Source: Octopus vulgaris
Lineage: Eukaryota
NCBI GenBank assembly: GCA_951406725.2
Contig: OX597836.1
Location: 11,532,001-11,596,000 of the forward strand
Direction of reading: 5' to 3'
Length of the DNA: 64,000 nucleotides
Shown in pieces: positions 14,015 to 27,386 of this stretch. The position numbers and the translations under genes are program-made. How positions within the stretch are numbered: position 1 is the first letter of the stretch; each line of letters opens with the position of its first letter. The notes below the pieces were generated by a model. The model searched no databases, was not told the origin of the DNA, and saw only the letters and a list, made by a program, of their open reading frames with translations.

Positions 14015-14016
<2 letters not shown>
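13628..14016 (-). mobile_element. SINE family C, full length, tail type 1
   Basis: Minus-strand head ggaggcgcaatggcccagtggttagggcagcggactcgcggtcataggatcgcggtttcgattccc has tRNA A and B boxes. Flanked by (CTA)n on both sides. Confidence 0.9.
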
Positions 14017-14071
<55 letters not shown>

Positions 14072-14228
14072 TAACTGCTGCTGCTGCTAAATTGGTTTCC
14101 ACACCGCTACCACTAACGCCGTGAAAACCACTACCACTAGTTTCTCCGTTCAACAGAAATGATTTAAATAAATTACAGTTAAGGAAAATGGCCGATCAGT
14201 ATAAGAAGCGGTAATGGAATAGTGCATG

Positions 14229-14613
14229 GTGTGTATGTGTATGTGTGTGTGTGTGTTTGTGTGTATGTGTATGTATGTGTGTGTTTGTGTGTGAGTGTTT
14301 GTGTGTATGTGTATGTGTATGTGTATGTATGTGTGTGTTTGTGTGTATGTGTATGTGTATGTGTGTATGTGTGTGTGTGTGTGTGTTTGTGTGTATGTGT
14401 ATGTATGTGTGTGTTTGTGTGTATGTGTATGTGTATGTATGTGTGTGTTTGTGTGTGTGTGTGTGTGTATGTATGTGTGTGTTTGTGTGTGTGTGTGTGT
14501 GTGTATGTATGTGTGTGTTTGTGTGTGTGTGTGTTTGTGTGTATGTGTATGTGTGTATGTGTATGTATGTGTGTGTTTGTGTGTATGTGTATGTGTGTGT
14601 GTGTTTGTCTGTA

Positions 14614-14648
<35 letters not shown>

Positions 14649-14820
14649 ATGTGTGTGTTTGTGTGTATGTGTATGTGTGTGTGTGTGTTTGTGTGTATGT
14701 GTATGTGTGTGTATGTGTGTGTTTGTGTGTATGTGTATGTGTGTGTGTGTTTGTGTGTGTGTGTATGTGTGTGTGTGAGTGTTTGTGTGTATGTGTATGT
14801 ATGTGTGTGTTTGTGTGTAT

Positions 14821-14863
<43 letters not shown>

Positions 14864-14940
14864 TGTGTATGTGTATGTGTGTGTGTGTTTGTGTGTGTAT
14901 GTGTGTGTATGTGTGTGTATGTATGCGTGTGTGTGTGTGT
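14229..14940. repeat. Long degenerate (GT)n/(GTAT)/(GTTT) array, ~710 bp
   Basis: Directly visible. Confidence 0.95.
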
Positions 14941-15201
14941 TTATATAAAATTACAACATGTAATTTATATACACACTCATATATACATATGAAATAACAT
15001 GTTCACTTAGAGGTACGTGTTTGTGTGTGTATACATATTGCTTGTGTGTGTGTGTGTGTGTGGTTATATGCATAGACTGATAGGTAGATAGTGTGTGTCG
15101 GTGTGAATCTATGTACAAATACATACATATATATGTATATATACACTCACACACACACATACACACTTATTTGTATGGGAATACATTATACAACTGCGTG
15201 T

Positions 15202-15271
<70 letters not shown>

Positions 15272-15459
15272 TGGTGGTGGTAGTGGTGGCGGTAGTGGTA
15301 GCGGCGGCGGTGGTGGCGGTGGCGGTGGTGGTGGTGGTGGTGGTGGTGGTGGCAGCAGAAGAAGAAGTACAAGAAGATGATGATGATGAAGAAGTAGAAG
15401 AAGAAGAAGAAGAAGAAGAAGAAGAAGAAGAAGAAGAAGAAGAAGAAGAAGAAGAAGAA

Positions 15460-15511
<52 letters not shown>

Positions 15512-15530
15512 ATGATGATGAAGAAGGTGA
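15202..15530. repeat. Graded compound microsatellite (GTA)n-(GTG/GCG)n-(GAA)n-(GAT)n
   Basis: Directly visible. Confidence 0.95.
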
Positions 15531-15785
15531 ACATGAATCAGCCGTGCCATTAATGATAGGCGAATAAAAACAAATAAATACAAATAAAAAAATAAAATAA
15601 AAAAAAACAAACAACGACAATAAAATAATATTAAGATCGGCAGAAACGATAATATATGAATATAATGACTTCGAAAATATCTATTAATCATTAAAAATTC
15701 CCCATATATATTAGCAAAGCGTTGCTTAATTGATGCCAGTACATACATATGTCCATATACATACACCCACATACACAAACATGTA

Positions 15786-15830
<45 letters not shown>

Positions 15831-16191
15831 TCTTACGTATGTATGGAGTGACTTCTGAACTCTTGCTTTCATCGCAGCATTAATCTCCTGCTGAAGTAGA
15901 CCTCTAATTTTAAAGATCGGAGTCAATAGGTTACGAATGCCTTCGTTCAGTTTATATATATATATATATATATATAAGTGAGCACAGATTTGCAGACAGA
16001 TATGAAATTTCAATCAAGGAACATGTACTGCCATTATTATAATTAATAAATATCTTATAGCTAGCTCGGTCGCTGATGGCCTCTCACTCCTCTAAAACTG
16101 CTCAAGTACTTTCCGATATAAATCACCTGCCTCATTCTCCACGTATGTGTCTATGTCTATGTATATGTGTGTGTGTGCGCCTGTGTTTGTA

Positions 16192-16265
<74 letters not shown>

Positions 16266-16270
16266 GAGGC

Positions 16271-16301
<31 letters not shown>

Positions 16302-16376
16302 CATACATATATAAATTATATATATATATATTATATATATATATATAATTATATATATTTATATATATATATATAA

Positions 16377-16409
<33 letters not shown>

Positions 16410-16420
16410 TATATATATAT

Positions 16421-17080
16421 ATATAATGTAATAATTTGAATTCGCCTTAAATGGTCCCTTTACATACTGAATACTTGGTGAAATTGATTAATAATTAATT
16501 AATTTTACCCTCAATTGTTGAAATTATAATTCATCTCTCTCTATTTAATGCTTCGGATTTTACCGAAAAAGCATAGTGTTTGCTGATTTTAACCCACGCT
16601 GGTGGAAAGGGGAGAGCAGAAATTCTTCGCTTGCATATTTTTGAGTTTGCTGACACTGTTAGTTTCGAGCAGATCTTCAGAAGCGATAAGAAGCCGAAAG
16701 GGTATGCTCCCACTTTCAGTGTTTTCAAATCCAAACCAAGGAGTTCTGAGCTGATGATAGAAATGTCGAGTTGACTAATCTTGAAACGTACGTTCTCAAA
16801 TAACCTTTGCATTTGATTTTTTAATGTCTTTACCCCCATACTTTCGTGAGTTGAATTGAGCAAACACTATATGAGAGAGATTTTCTTTAAGTATTAGAAA
16901 TAGTTTTAAAAAAGTTTTTTAGCTACTATTTCTAATGAGTTCAGTATGTGGCAAAGTAATTTATTTTACTAAGCCCTTTTATATAATGTAATAATTTGAA
17001 TTCGCCTTAAATGGTCCCTTTGCATACTGAACACTTTGTGAAATTGATTAATAATTAATTAATTTTACCCTCAATTGTTG

Positions 17081-17088
<8 letters not shown>
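16421..17088. mobile_element. 668-bp element bounded by 108-bp direct repeats, inserted in (TA)n; Penelope-like or retrozyme-like non-autonomous element
   Basis: 16421-16528 and 16981-17088 are identical except for 3 substitutions (offset 560). Internal ctgatga-ta-gaaa-tgtc at 16750-16767. TA arrays on both sides. The repeats are certain; the class is inferred. Confidence 0.6.
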
Positions 17089-17137
<49 letters not shown>

Positions 17138-17148
17138 GTATATTTATA

Positions 17149-17188
<40 letters not shown>

Positions 17189-17194
17189 TGTATG

Positions 17195-17255
<61 letters not shown>

Positions 17256-18296
17256 TATATATATGTATATATATATATATATATGTATGTACGTATGTAT
17301 ATCAACTATGGTAGTAGTTAAATAATGTTCTTAAGACTGCAAGTTACTCACACGCAGCATTTTTCAGAGCTGGTCGCTAATTCAGTCCTTAACCAAATTG
17401 AAAATTGTTAACATTTTTTGAAGAGGACTGGTCCTTGGTCCCTAGTTACATTTTCGCATAACAAAATTGAGATTTGATCCAGTAGAAAAAGGTTTACATC
17501 AAAATTTGTAGCAATGTTATCAGAGTAAGTAACGCCACCAATTAATTTTAGATCTAAATAATTTATCTTAGCTTCAATGACAGAACGCATGAAGAATTTC
17601 ATAAGTTTTGGTCCCATGCAACAAAAAATGGTATCAAAAAATTTGAGGTGAAATATCCTGAAAAAGTATAAGGCAAAAAAATTGGATTTAAGCATAATTT
17701 AAAAAAAAACAAACTATATTTCAATTGAACTTAAATGATAGAGCTCAATTCGAGGAATTTCAGCGTATCATTCTCATGCGATGAAGTTTTAAAAGAAAAA
17801 TAGTTATGAGTGTTTGTTTCTCAAATTTTAGGGTGATAATATAGTTCTATACTTTTTTTCTGAATATAGTTCTATAAAGGAACTTTTTAATATGTGTCAC
17901 CGGCGTCATTGAGGTAAGGATAAAATTATCAACGACACCGCTAATTGACACATGTGATGCATTATTAATTAGCGTAACAGCATAGCCTGGAAAAAAAAAC
18001 ATTGATTACAAGGCAATATGCGAGCAAGAGAAATAATATTCTTAAGATTATGAACTTAGAAAATTACACAAGTTAATAAATACACTTGGAAAAGTTCAGG
18101 ACGAGATATTACATCTGATAAAGTACAGAACAAGAACATTTTCACCTGAAATATTGCAGCTAAGAAAAAAAAATTGAATATTAAAGGTTATTTGATTTTA
18201 ATATATGTACGTATATATATATGTGTATGTGCATATATGTATGTATATACATGTATATGAGTGTATTTGTTAGACGGAAGATGAAAGAAGCCCGTC

Positions 18297-18346
<50 letters not shown>

Positions 18347-18385
18347 GTATGTATGTATGTATATATATATGTACATATATATATG

Positions 18386-18434
<49 letters not shown>

Positions 18435-18468
18435 GTATATATATATATATGTATATATATATATGTAT

Positions 18469-18516
<48 letters not shown>

Positions 18517-18745
18517 GCCCAGTGCTTAGGGCAGCGGACTCGCGGTCGGAGGATCGCAGTTTCGATTCCCAGACCGGGCGTTGTGTTTGTTTATTGAGCG
18601 AAAACACCTAAAAGCTCCACGAGGCTCCGGCAGGGGGGTGGGGGGTGGCGACCCCTGTTGTACTCTTTCGCCCCTACTTTCTCTCACTCTTTCTTACTGT
18701 TTCTTGAGTAACGCTGCGATGGACTGGTGTCCCGTCCAGCTGGGA
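18517..18745 (+). mobile_element. SINE family C head with tail type 3
   Basis: gcccagtgcttagggcagcggactcgcggtc...acacctaaaagctccacgaggctccggcag...gagtaacgctgcgatggactggtgtcccgtccagctggga. Confidence 0.85.
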
Positions 18746-18791
18746 CGCATAAATAAATAAAAAGTTTGAGAAGGGCGCGTAAATAAATAAA

Positions 18792-18841
<50 letters not shown>

Positions 18842-19211
18842 TACTTATCTCATTTGTCCCTTTCTTTCCACATTCTTGTCCTCAACTTTTACGTAAACCC
18901 TCTATATACACGTATTGCAGATTGTCCATTTAAATGACTCCCCCCCCATCATTTGATGCTCCTGTGGCAAATCATCGGCATCACCGTCATCATCATCATC
19001 ATCATCATCATCATCTTTATTACCGTCATCATCTTCGTCGTTATTATCATTATTATCAATATTAGTATTCATTATTATTATTAGTATTATTTTTATTATT
19101 AATTTCTTTTTACTTTCGAAAAAAAAAAGTAATGGAATGAAATTTTTAGGCATTTAATTTGAATATTTTTTTTTTCATTTTATTAATTTGTTGCAGATCA
19201 CTATTGGTATA

Positions 19212-19670
<459 letters not shown>

Positions 19671-19901
19671 AACTCTATAGTAAGGATTCTTAGCATAGGA
19701 AGGTGGCTTTTAATATTTAGCCGGGTGGGAATTATTTCATGAGGGGAGATTGGTTCATGTGGAGCAGTCAGTTAAATCAACCCCCAGTAGTTTGCTGGTA
19801 TCTACATTATTGAGAGTAGAAGGATGACTGACAACACTAACGTGACACTGCGATGGAAAGTCAAAACTTTCTATAAAGGGAGATAAATACTGTTTAAAAG
19901 A

Positions 19902-20231
19902 GAAGGCGCGTGGTTTAATGGTTAAGGTATTCCGTTCACAATCGTAAGTTCGTGAGTTCAATTCCCGGTGACGCGTTGTGTCCTCGAGTGAGACACTTTA
20001 TTTCAGGTTGTTCCAGTATACTCAGATGGCAAAAATGACAAGTAACTCTATTTCAAAGAGCCAACCATGTTACATTCTGTGTCACGCTGAATCTCCCTGA
20101 GAACTACGTTAAGGGCATGCATGTCTGTGGAGTTCTCAGCCACTTGCACGTTGATTTCACGTGCAGGCTGTTCCGTTGATCGAATCACCTGGACCCCCCC
20201 CCCTCCCCATCAACGTAACCGAATGAGTGCC
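19902..20231 (+). mobile_element. SINE family D (tRNA head + CORE-like segment) with tail type 1
   Basis: ggcgcgtggtttaatggttaagg...gagttcaattccc...ttgtgtcctcgagtgagacactttatttca..ttgttccagtatactcag. The 3' part matches the tail of 13628-13810. Confidence 0.8.
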
Positions 20232-20558
20232 AGTCACAACACAGCATTTATATTGCCTGTTCGCTAGATTATATCATCTTGCGATCCCTTATAGTACAAC
20301 CCATGTAGCATCAACCTTCTGACACCGTCCTTTTCAACACCGACTCGTATAACCAACCCCTTGTAATGAAAAATGTAGAAGCCCTGATTCTTGTAACATT
20401 ATTTCTCAAAATGTAGCTGCTTCCAGCACCGTCTCTCATAACATCTCTCCTTATAACAGTACCGTTATAAGGCCACTCCTTGTAGTATTCCATCTCGAAA
20501 CACCATCCTTTTCAAATCTACCCCTTACAAACAGAATACCACATATAACATGGTTCTA

Positions 20559-20805
20559 TTGGGTTGGCAACGAAGTTCCCGCCGTTTTTTTTCCAATGTT
20601 TTAAAAGGTTTAATAAAAAAAATAACAACAAATTAATCAATAATGTATTCATCCTTGTTTACAACTTCTTTCCAGCCTTCAACAAGATTTTCAAAACCTC
20701 GTTGGTAGAAATCACCCGATTTCGACTCGAAAAATTGATCCAACCAAGCTCTCAATTCTGCATCAGTATTGAACGAAAGTTCGCGCATAGCATTTGAAAG
20801 AGGTC
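20559..20805 (-). mobile_element. Mariner 3' end relic (transposase C-terminus + TIR)
   Basis: Translation ...SNAMRELSFNTDAELRAWLDQFFESKSGDFYQRGFENLVEGWKEVVNKDEYIID* is a mariner C-terminus. TA|ttgggttggcaac TIR resembles mellifera-type mariners. Confidence 0.85.
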
Positions 20806-20848
20806 GTTGGCTGGGAAGCAAGCTTCTTACGGCAGAGCCACGACTGCG

Positions 20849-20896
<48 letters not shown>

Positions 20897-20899
<3 letters not shown>

Positions 20900-21270
20900 T
20901 ACGTAGAAAAATACAAACTGGGACAAGAACGTAAAACATTTAGAAGACAATACAAAAAACACGGACGGGACATTCGAAGCCTTCAATCTTCAGTCAAGAA
21001 CCGGATCATCCTCGCAATTTCGGCTGATTAATCTTGAGATCGCTCCGATCCGGCCAGCCCCAAGGAAAAACTAAGCTACGAGCGTTATATTTCTTGGAAA
21101 AAGGATCGAATGTATACGAAACAAGGACAGAAAAAACAATAATAGTAATAACAGGACAAAAACAGCGGGTGTCTTACGACTATAGACAGTACAACTTAGT
21201 TTAGCTGGCGTATTTGGAAAAAAATGCCTTTTTCGGCGGACGAAGACAACGATGCTCTCGTGGCGCTGGT
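20897..21270 (-). mobile_element. Probable Penelope-like fragment between TA arrays
   Basis: Unique island flanked by (TA)n. Minus-strand ctgaaga-ttgaaggcttc-gaat-gtc (~20969-20993) resembles a decayed minimal hammerhead. Confidence 0.35.
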
Positions 21271-22343
21271 TATATATATATGTATACATACACACACACA
21301 CATATATATATATATCATGTATATAATATATAGGATATATAATATATATAATATATATATAATATAATATAAATACATAAACACTCACAGATATAAAACG
21401 AGGGGTGTCTGTTCAATTTTGAAATCTGTGTGTGTGTGTGTGTGTGCGTGTGTCTACATGCGTATATACATATATGTGATAAATTCATTTATAGAAAAAA
21501 TACATTGTAACGAGAGTTTATGTCTAATTAATTAGCTAATTAAATAAACAATCATCAATCACCAGACAAGTTCACGGTGGCAGACAACCATTGAGAAAGC
21601 ATTATGAAGTTCAGAAGAGTGACTAAAGTGGGGAAGCGGGGCAGAAGAGAAAAAGAAAAAGAAAAGAAAAAAAGAATGAAAATATCATAAAGGTGGGAGG
21701 AGAGAGAGAAGATATTGAGCAGTGGGTGGGGGTGCAAATAAATATAAATTAGACAAATATTAAAATTTAAATTGCAAACTAAATGAAATGAGTGACTTAA
21801 AGATTGTAATTGACGTGAAAAGTATTCAGTTTAAAAAATATATACACGTAGATTCATACATATATATACACATACATACATGCAGAGGACATATATATGT
21901 ACACTTATTAATTGAAACACCGCATACGTGGGGGAGACAGGTATTTCTGAGAAGAGGAGAAAAATATGATCAGTTATATTGAGAGGTGAAGGATGTATGT
22001 GAAAGGAGTGTAAAAGGTAGGTTTAAAACCTGGTTTTAGACCCATGGTGATAAATTTCGTCTTTTTTTAGCAAGTACTTCTCGTAGTGGCGACGCTTGCT
22101 AAAACCTCAGGTCTAGCTTTTGAATACTTTGTAGAACCTATAGAGTTTAATAAACATGAAGCTCTTACTTTAAGCAATTACAGTAAAAATATAAATGGAA
22201 TTTACTATCACCATTGAACGAGATAGTTCAAAATTTACCCATTCTTCACATCGAACTTTCATCTATGACATAGCTGATTTGGTTTTCACCTTTCAGTTTT
22301 GAGCTTCCTGAATCCTCCATATGCAATGGGCTACGTGTGAATA

Positions 22344-22389
<46 letters not shown>

Positions 22390-22419
22390 CATAATATGTA
22401 TGTATACATATATACATGA

Positions 22420-22469
<50 letters not shown>

Positions 22470-22663
22470 TCATAAGCATATACACACGCATACCCATATA
22501 TTGTTTACACAACAAAATTGTTTATTACTACAAATATTTGGAAATTTATAAATTTCTCGAGAAATTTGGTTTTTAACGATGGAACTCAATTTTTTAACCC
22601 AATACTTAAACGCTATCATTTATAACTTCATCTACTTCGAGTGCCGCCAGTAAAAACTCTCTC

Positions 22664-22711
<48 letters not shown>

Positions 22712-22790
22712 TGTGTGTGTGTGTGATTGTGTATGTATACATATATACATATATGTATATACATGTATAATGCTTGTATATGTGCATGTT

Positions 22791-22858
<68 letters not shown>

Positions 22859-22862
22859 TATA

Positions 22863-22913
<51 letters not shown>

Positions 22914-23079
22914 GCTTGTGCTGTGCTGATTTGTTCAGAGTTAATTAAGAATTCTAGGGGGACAGCAACACCTATTTCTCACACCTCGTTGAGGTCCCTA
23001 CATTTACTTACCAACACCACCACCACCACCACTGACATCACCATCATCATCATCATCATCATCATCATTATCATAATAC

Positions 23080-23119
<40 letters not shown>

Positions 23120-23727
23120 AATACTCATCATCGTCATCATCGTCATCATCATTATCGTCACCATCATCCTACCATCCTAAGTCTCTTTCCATTTACATAC
23201 CTTTCCTATCTGTTTACCATCTTTCAGCCTATCCAGGTGTCGTTACACCCACATTTTAATTTTATTTTTATTTTATTTTATTTTTATTTTCATCTTCATT
23301 TTTTTTGTTCTTTCTTATCATTTCTAGTTTTAGTTACACCCGTTTCGTTATTACTTCACCATCATCATCATCATCATCGTCAACACTTGGCTAATTGGTA
23401 TATAAGGTGGATTAAGATAAATATCTTGAGGAGATTGTGACGAACTGGACTACCCATCACTCACACGCACACATGCATACACGCACACACGCATACACGC
23501 ACACAAACCCACACACTTTCACCTCCCACTCAAACATACTATCAAGCCCCTCCCACATACACGCACTCACACTCACACATCTATAGTCACTCGGACATAT
23601 ATAAGTATATGTGTATATATATATATGTATATGTATGTATGTATGTATCTATATATATATATATATATATATATGTAAGTGTGTGTGTATGTATGTATGT
23701 GTATATATATAAGTGTATATATACATA

Positions 23728-23858
<131 letters not shown>

Positions 23859-23884
23859 TTTATTTTTAAGCAGTAGAAAATTCA

Positions 23885-23936
23885 ACAAAATCTGTTACTC
23901 TGAGTTTCTCGTTGCCGTTCATCAGACAGTTTTTGC
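23885..23936 (-). ncRNA. Mirror-copy type I hammerhead ribozyme
   Basis: Exact reverse complement of 23944-23995. Confidence 0.75.
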
Positions 23937-23943
23937 CATTCTA

Positions 23944-23995
23944 GCAAAAACTGTCTGATGAACGGCAACGAGAAACTCAGAGTAACAGATTTTGT
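23944..23995 (+). ncRNA. Type I hammerhead ribozyme (minimal, Penelope-type)
   Basis: gcaaaaactgt-CTGATGA-a-cg-gcaa-cg-a-GAAA-ctc-a-gag-T-A-acagattttgt. Stem I: 4 bp, 1 mismatch, 6 bp. Stem II has a GNRA loop (A.A at the base). Near-palindromic stem III. Predicted cleavage after GUA at 23984. Confidence 0.75.
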
Positions 23996-24289
23996 TGAAT
24001 TTTCTACTAAAATAAAGCATATTACTCTACCACTGGTATTTGAGTACTCTTTTTTCCACCTTGTTTCACATTTATGTGTTTACTCCGGTATATAAATATA
24101 TATATATATATTGTGCTTTAAATGAAGATTTATTAGTGAAGATTCTGTAAATAATAACAATTATAAGCTTACAGCTTATAAGCGTTCTCTGTATTTTGTC
24201 TAAAGAAAATAGTTTGCGGAAAAAAGTCCAACGAAGAAGTTACAGTCTCCCTCACCTTTCCCCTCTCTCTGTTTACATATATACATATA

Positions 24290-24368
<79 letters not shown>

Positions 24369-24370
<2 letters not shown>

Positions 24371-24870
24371 GAGTGGCCGTGTGGTAAGTTGTTTGCTTAC
24401 CAACCACATGGTCCCGGGTTCAGTCCCACTGCGTGGCACTTTGGGCAAGTGTCTTCTATTGTAGCCTTGGGCCGACCAAAACATTGTGAGTGGAGTTGGT
24501 AGACGGAAACTGAAAGAAGTCCGTCGTATATATATATGTATATATATATATATGTGTGTGTGTATATGTTTGTGTGTCTGTGTTTGTGTCACCCCCCCTC
24601 CCCCAGCATCGGTTGACTTAGCGGTTCGGCAAAAGAGTCCGATAGAATAAGTACTAGGCTTACGAAGAATAAGTCCTGGGGTTGATTTGCTCGACTAAAG
24701 GCGGTGCTCCAGGATGGCCATAGTCAAATGACTGAAACAAGTAAAAGAGAAAGAAAGAGAGAGAGTATATAATGTAAATAGTGAGGTCGATTCGTTCGAC
24801 TAAAATTCTCCAAGGCAGTGCTGCAGCATGGCCGCAGCCTAATGACTGAATCGTGCATATGATGAAAGAT
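24369..24870 (+). mobile_element. SINE-A, near full length, plus a second tail fragment (24783-24870)
   Basis: aggagtggccgtgtggtaag...ggcggtgctccaggatggccatagtcaaatgactgaaacaagtaaaagag. Confidence 0.9.
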
Positions 24871-25325
24871 AAAACAACGATATATCACACAGATGTATAC
24901 AAAATCCTTATTTTTCTTCCAGCATCCTGCTCAAGTAAGCGTCATAAGCATACGCCCCTCTTCGCTAATCAGCGTAAATCCGTATATCCGTTCATCAGCA
25001 CCTTTTGCAAAGTGTTGCTAATCCTCAGTCACCTGCATCTCAGAATTAACAGGAAAACTTCGTTAAACATCTTCAAATAATGTTAATAACGATATTATAG
25101 AGTGGACCTCCTAAAACACCTGTATTCTTGGAGTTCGGTTTGAGACAAACAGCTGCAGTTTCACAGAAGTGTGTTAATGAGGTTATTGTCAAACGAACGG
25201 AGAAGATAGATTATTTGGTCGAGAAAGTAGAAGAGTTTCCAAGTTAAGTACTTAAACAGTTATGGGAACCTAATATATTCTATAGCAATGTTATTGCGTT
25301 ATCTACGCCACTATATATGTGCGTA

Positions 25326-25930
25326 GGCGGCGAGCTGGCAGAAACGTTAACACGTCGGGCGAAATGCTTAGCGGTATTTCGTCTGTCGTTACGTTCTGAG
25401 TTCAAATTCCGCCGAGGTCGATCGATAAATTATGTACCAGTTACGCACTGGGGTCAATGTAATCGACTTAATCCGTTTGTCTGTCCTTGCTTGTTCCCTC
25501 TATGTTTTAGCCCCTTGTGGGTAATAAAGAAATAGGTATTTCGTCTGCCGCTACGTTCTGAGTTCAAATTCCGCCGAGGTCGACTTTGCCTTTCATTCTT
25601 TCAGGGTCGATAAATTTTAAGTACCAGCTACGTACTGGGGACGATGTAATCAACTTAACCCCTTTGTCTGACCTGGTTTGTCCCCCTATGTTTAGCCCCT
25701 TGTGGGCTATAAAGAAATAAGAAACGTTAGCATGTCGTCGGAATGCTAAGCTGTATTTCGTCTGCCGTTACGTTCTGAGTTCAAATTCCGCCGAGGTCGA
25801 CTTTGCCTTTCATCCTTTCGGGCTCGATTAAATAAGTACCAGTTACGTACTGGGGTCTATGTAATCGACTTAATCCGTTTGTCTGTCCTTGCTTGACTCC
25901 TCTTTGCTTAGCCCCTTGTGGGTAGTAAAG
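25326..25930 (+). mobile_element. SINE-B head-to-tail trimer
   Basis: Units restart at 25535 (aagaaata|ggtatttcg) and 25720 (aagaaata|agaaacgttagc). Confidence 0.92.
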
Positions 25931-27168
25931 CTACACCTCCGTCCTGCAGCACAAACTCGAAACACCGCAACCCATTTACATTTAAATTCTATCTCTCCTC
26001 CCTTACTTTCTGTTTCCTACGGACGCAAAGTGATAAGCATTTCATCTTTTCTGTCTCTCTCATGCTTTTTCTTCTACTGCCACTCTCTCACTCTCTACTT
26101 ATCTTCTAACTGTTTCACATATACACATTATCTCGTTAACAAGACAGCAAATAAATACGATTTGATAATTATTATACGTTGTTTGTTCGAAATTAAATAC
26201 TAAACTGAAGCTGTCACAGCTGTTACTTACAATCTAATAATCCCACCCGAATGCTAGGAATAACTTTTATGTGAAAATATTTGACTCAATCATTAAGATA
26301 TTAGACTGTTACCTTCGTACTACACAGACACTGATATTGCTAAACTCTTCTGTGTTATCTCCGCTGTATTAAAGTATTTCCTTCCGTATACATAGCGTGA
26401 GCATATGATATTTATTTCTTTATTGACCACAGTGGGATGAATATAGAGGGGACAAATAAGGTCAGACAAAAGGGTTAAGTCGATTACATCGACCCCAGTG
26501 CGTAACTTGAAATTTCAGCACAGGCTTTGCTAACAGCCATTGCCTTTAACATAACATCGTTTGTCAATGATGACCATATTTGTCAACGAGTTGACAGCCA
26601 CCACGCGTGTATATGTATGTGTGTATGTATGTATGTATGTATGTATGTATGTATGTATGTATGTATTGTGTTCTTTTTCCCTTTAATTTTACAGTAAATT
26701 TTAACTGGCCGCCTACTGTGATCATCCTCTAAGTTTTAAGGTCTTGTAGATTTTTATGTATGTATGTATGTATGTATGTAGGTATGTATGCATGTATGTA
26801 TATACGTACGTATGTATGTGTATACGCATGCATGTATGTATATATGTATGTATGTCTGTACATATGTATGTATGTATGTTTGTATGTATGTATGTATGTA
26901 TGTATGTATGTATGTATGTATGCTTGCATGTATGTATGTATGTATGTATCTTTGTATATAATCATGTATGTATGTATAGAAACGTTTCGTCTCATGTTGC
27001 TCGGTGATCACTTCGTCACCTGACATGAGGTACACCGTGCACACCTGTGTAGGCAGGCACTACTGCCTATGTATTGCACATGCATTTGATCATTATAAAG
27101 AAAAACACTATTGTGCATGTTGTTCAACAGGAAATTGCAGAACCATCTTTTTCGGCCACCGAGCGACC

Positions 27169-27214
27169 ATCATCATTCCCATCATCCTCCTCCTCATCAT
27201 CATCATCATCATAA

Positions 27215-27256
<42 letters not shown>

Positions 27257-27281
27257 GCCATCATCATCGCCATTATCATCG

Positions 27282-27312
<31 letters not shown>

Positions 27313-27386
27313 CATCATCATCGTCGTCATCATCATCATCATCATCATCATCATCGTCATCATCATCATCATCATCGTCACCATCA
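27169..27386. repeat. (CAT)n microsatellite
   Basis: Directly visible. Confidence 0.95.

Larger units (their letters stand above)
23872..24008. repeat. Perfect 65-bp inverted repeat with 7-nt spacer, within a Penelope-like fragment (~23855-24090)
   Basis: 23872-23936 is the exact reverse complement of 23944-24008; spacer cattcta. Flanked by (TA)n. Confidence 0.97.

Noticed and set aside
13930-14016. tRNA gene (also 29320-29396, 57811-57870)
   Set aside because: A and B boxes are present, but the heads run into SINE bodies, with no closing acceptor stem or poly-T terminator.
16531-16863. 110-aa ORF inside the direct-repeat element
   Set aside because: Non-ATG start, and no RT, GIY-YIG or other recognisable motif.
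17340-17890. Unique AT-rich block with a 95-aa ORF, possibly a DNA transposon relic
   Set aside because: No TIR pair or transposase motif could be identified by eye.
25033-25110. Minus-strand AG...CAG|GTGACT exon-like segment
   Set aside because: Stops in all three frames and a weak polypyrimidine tract.
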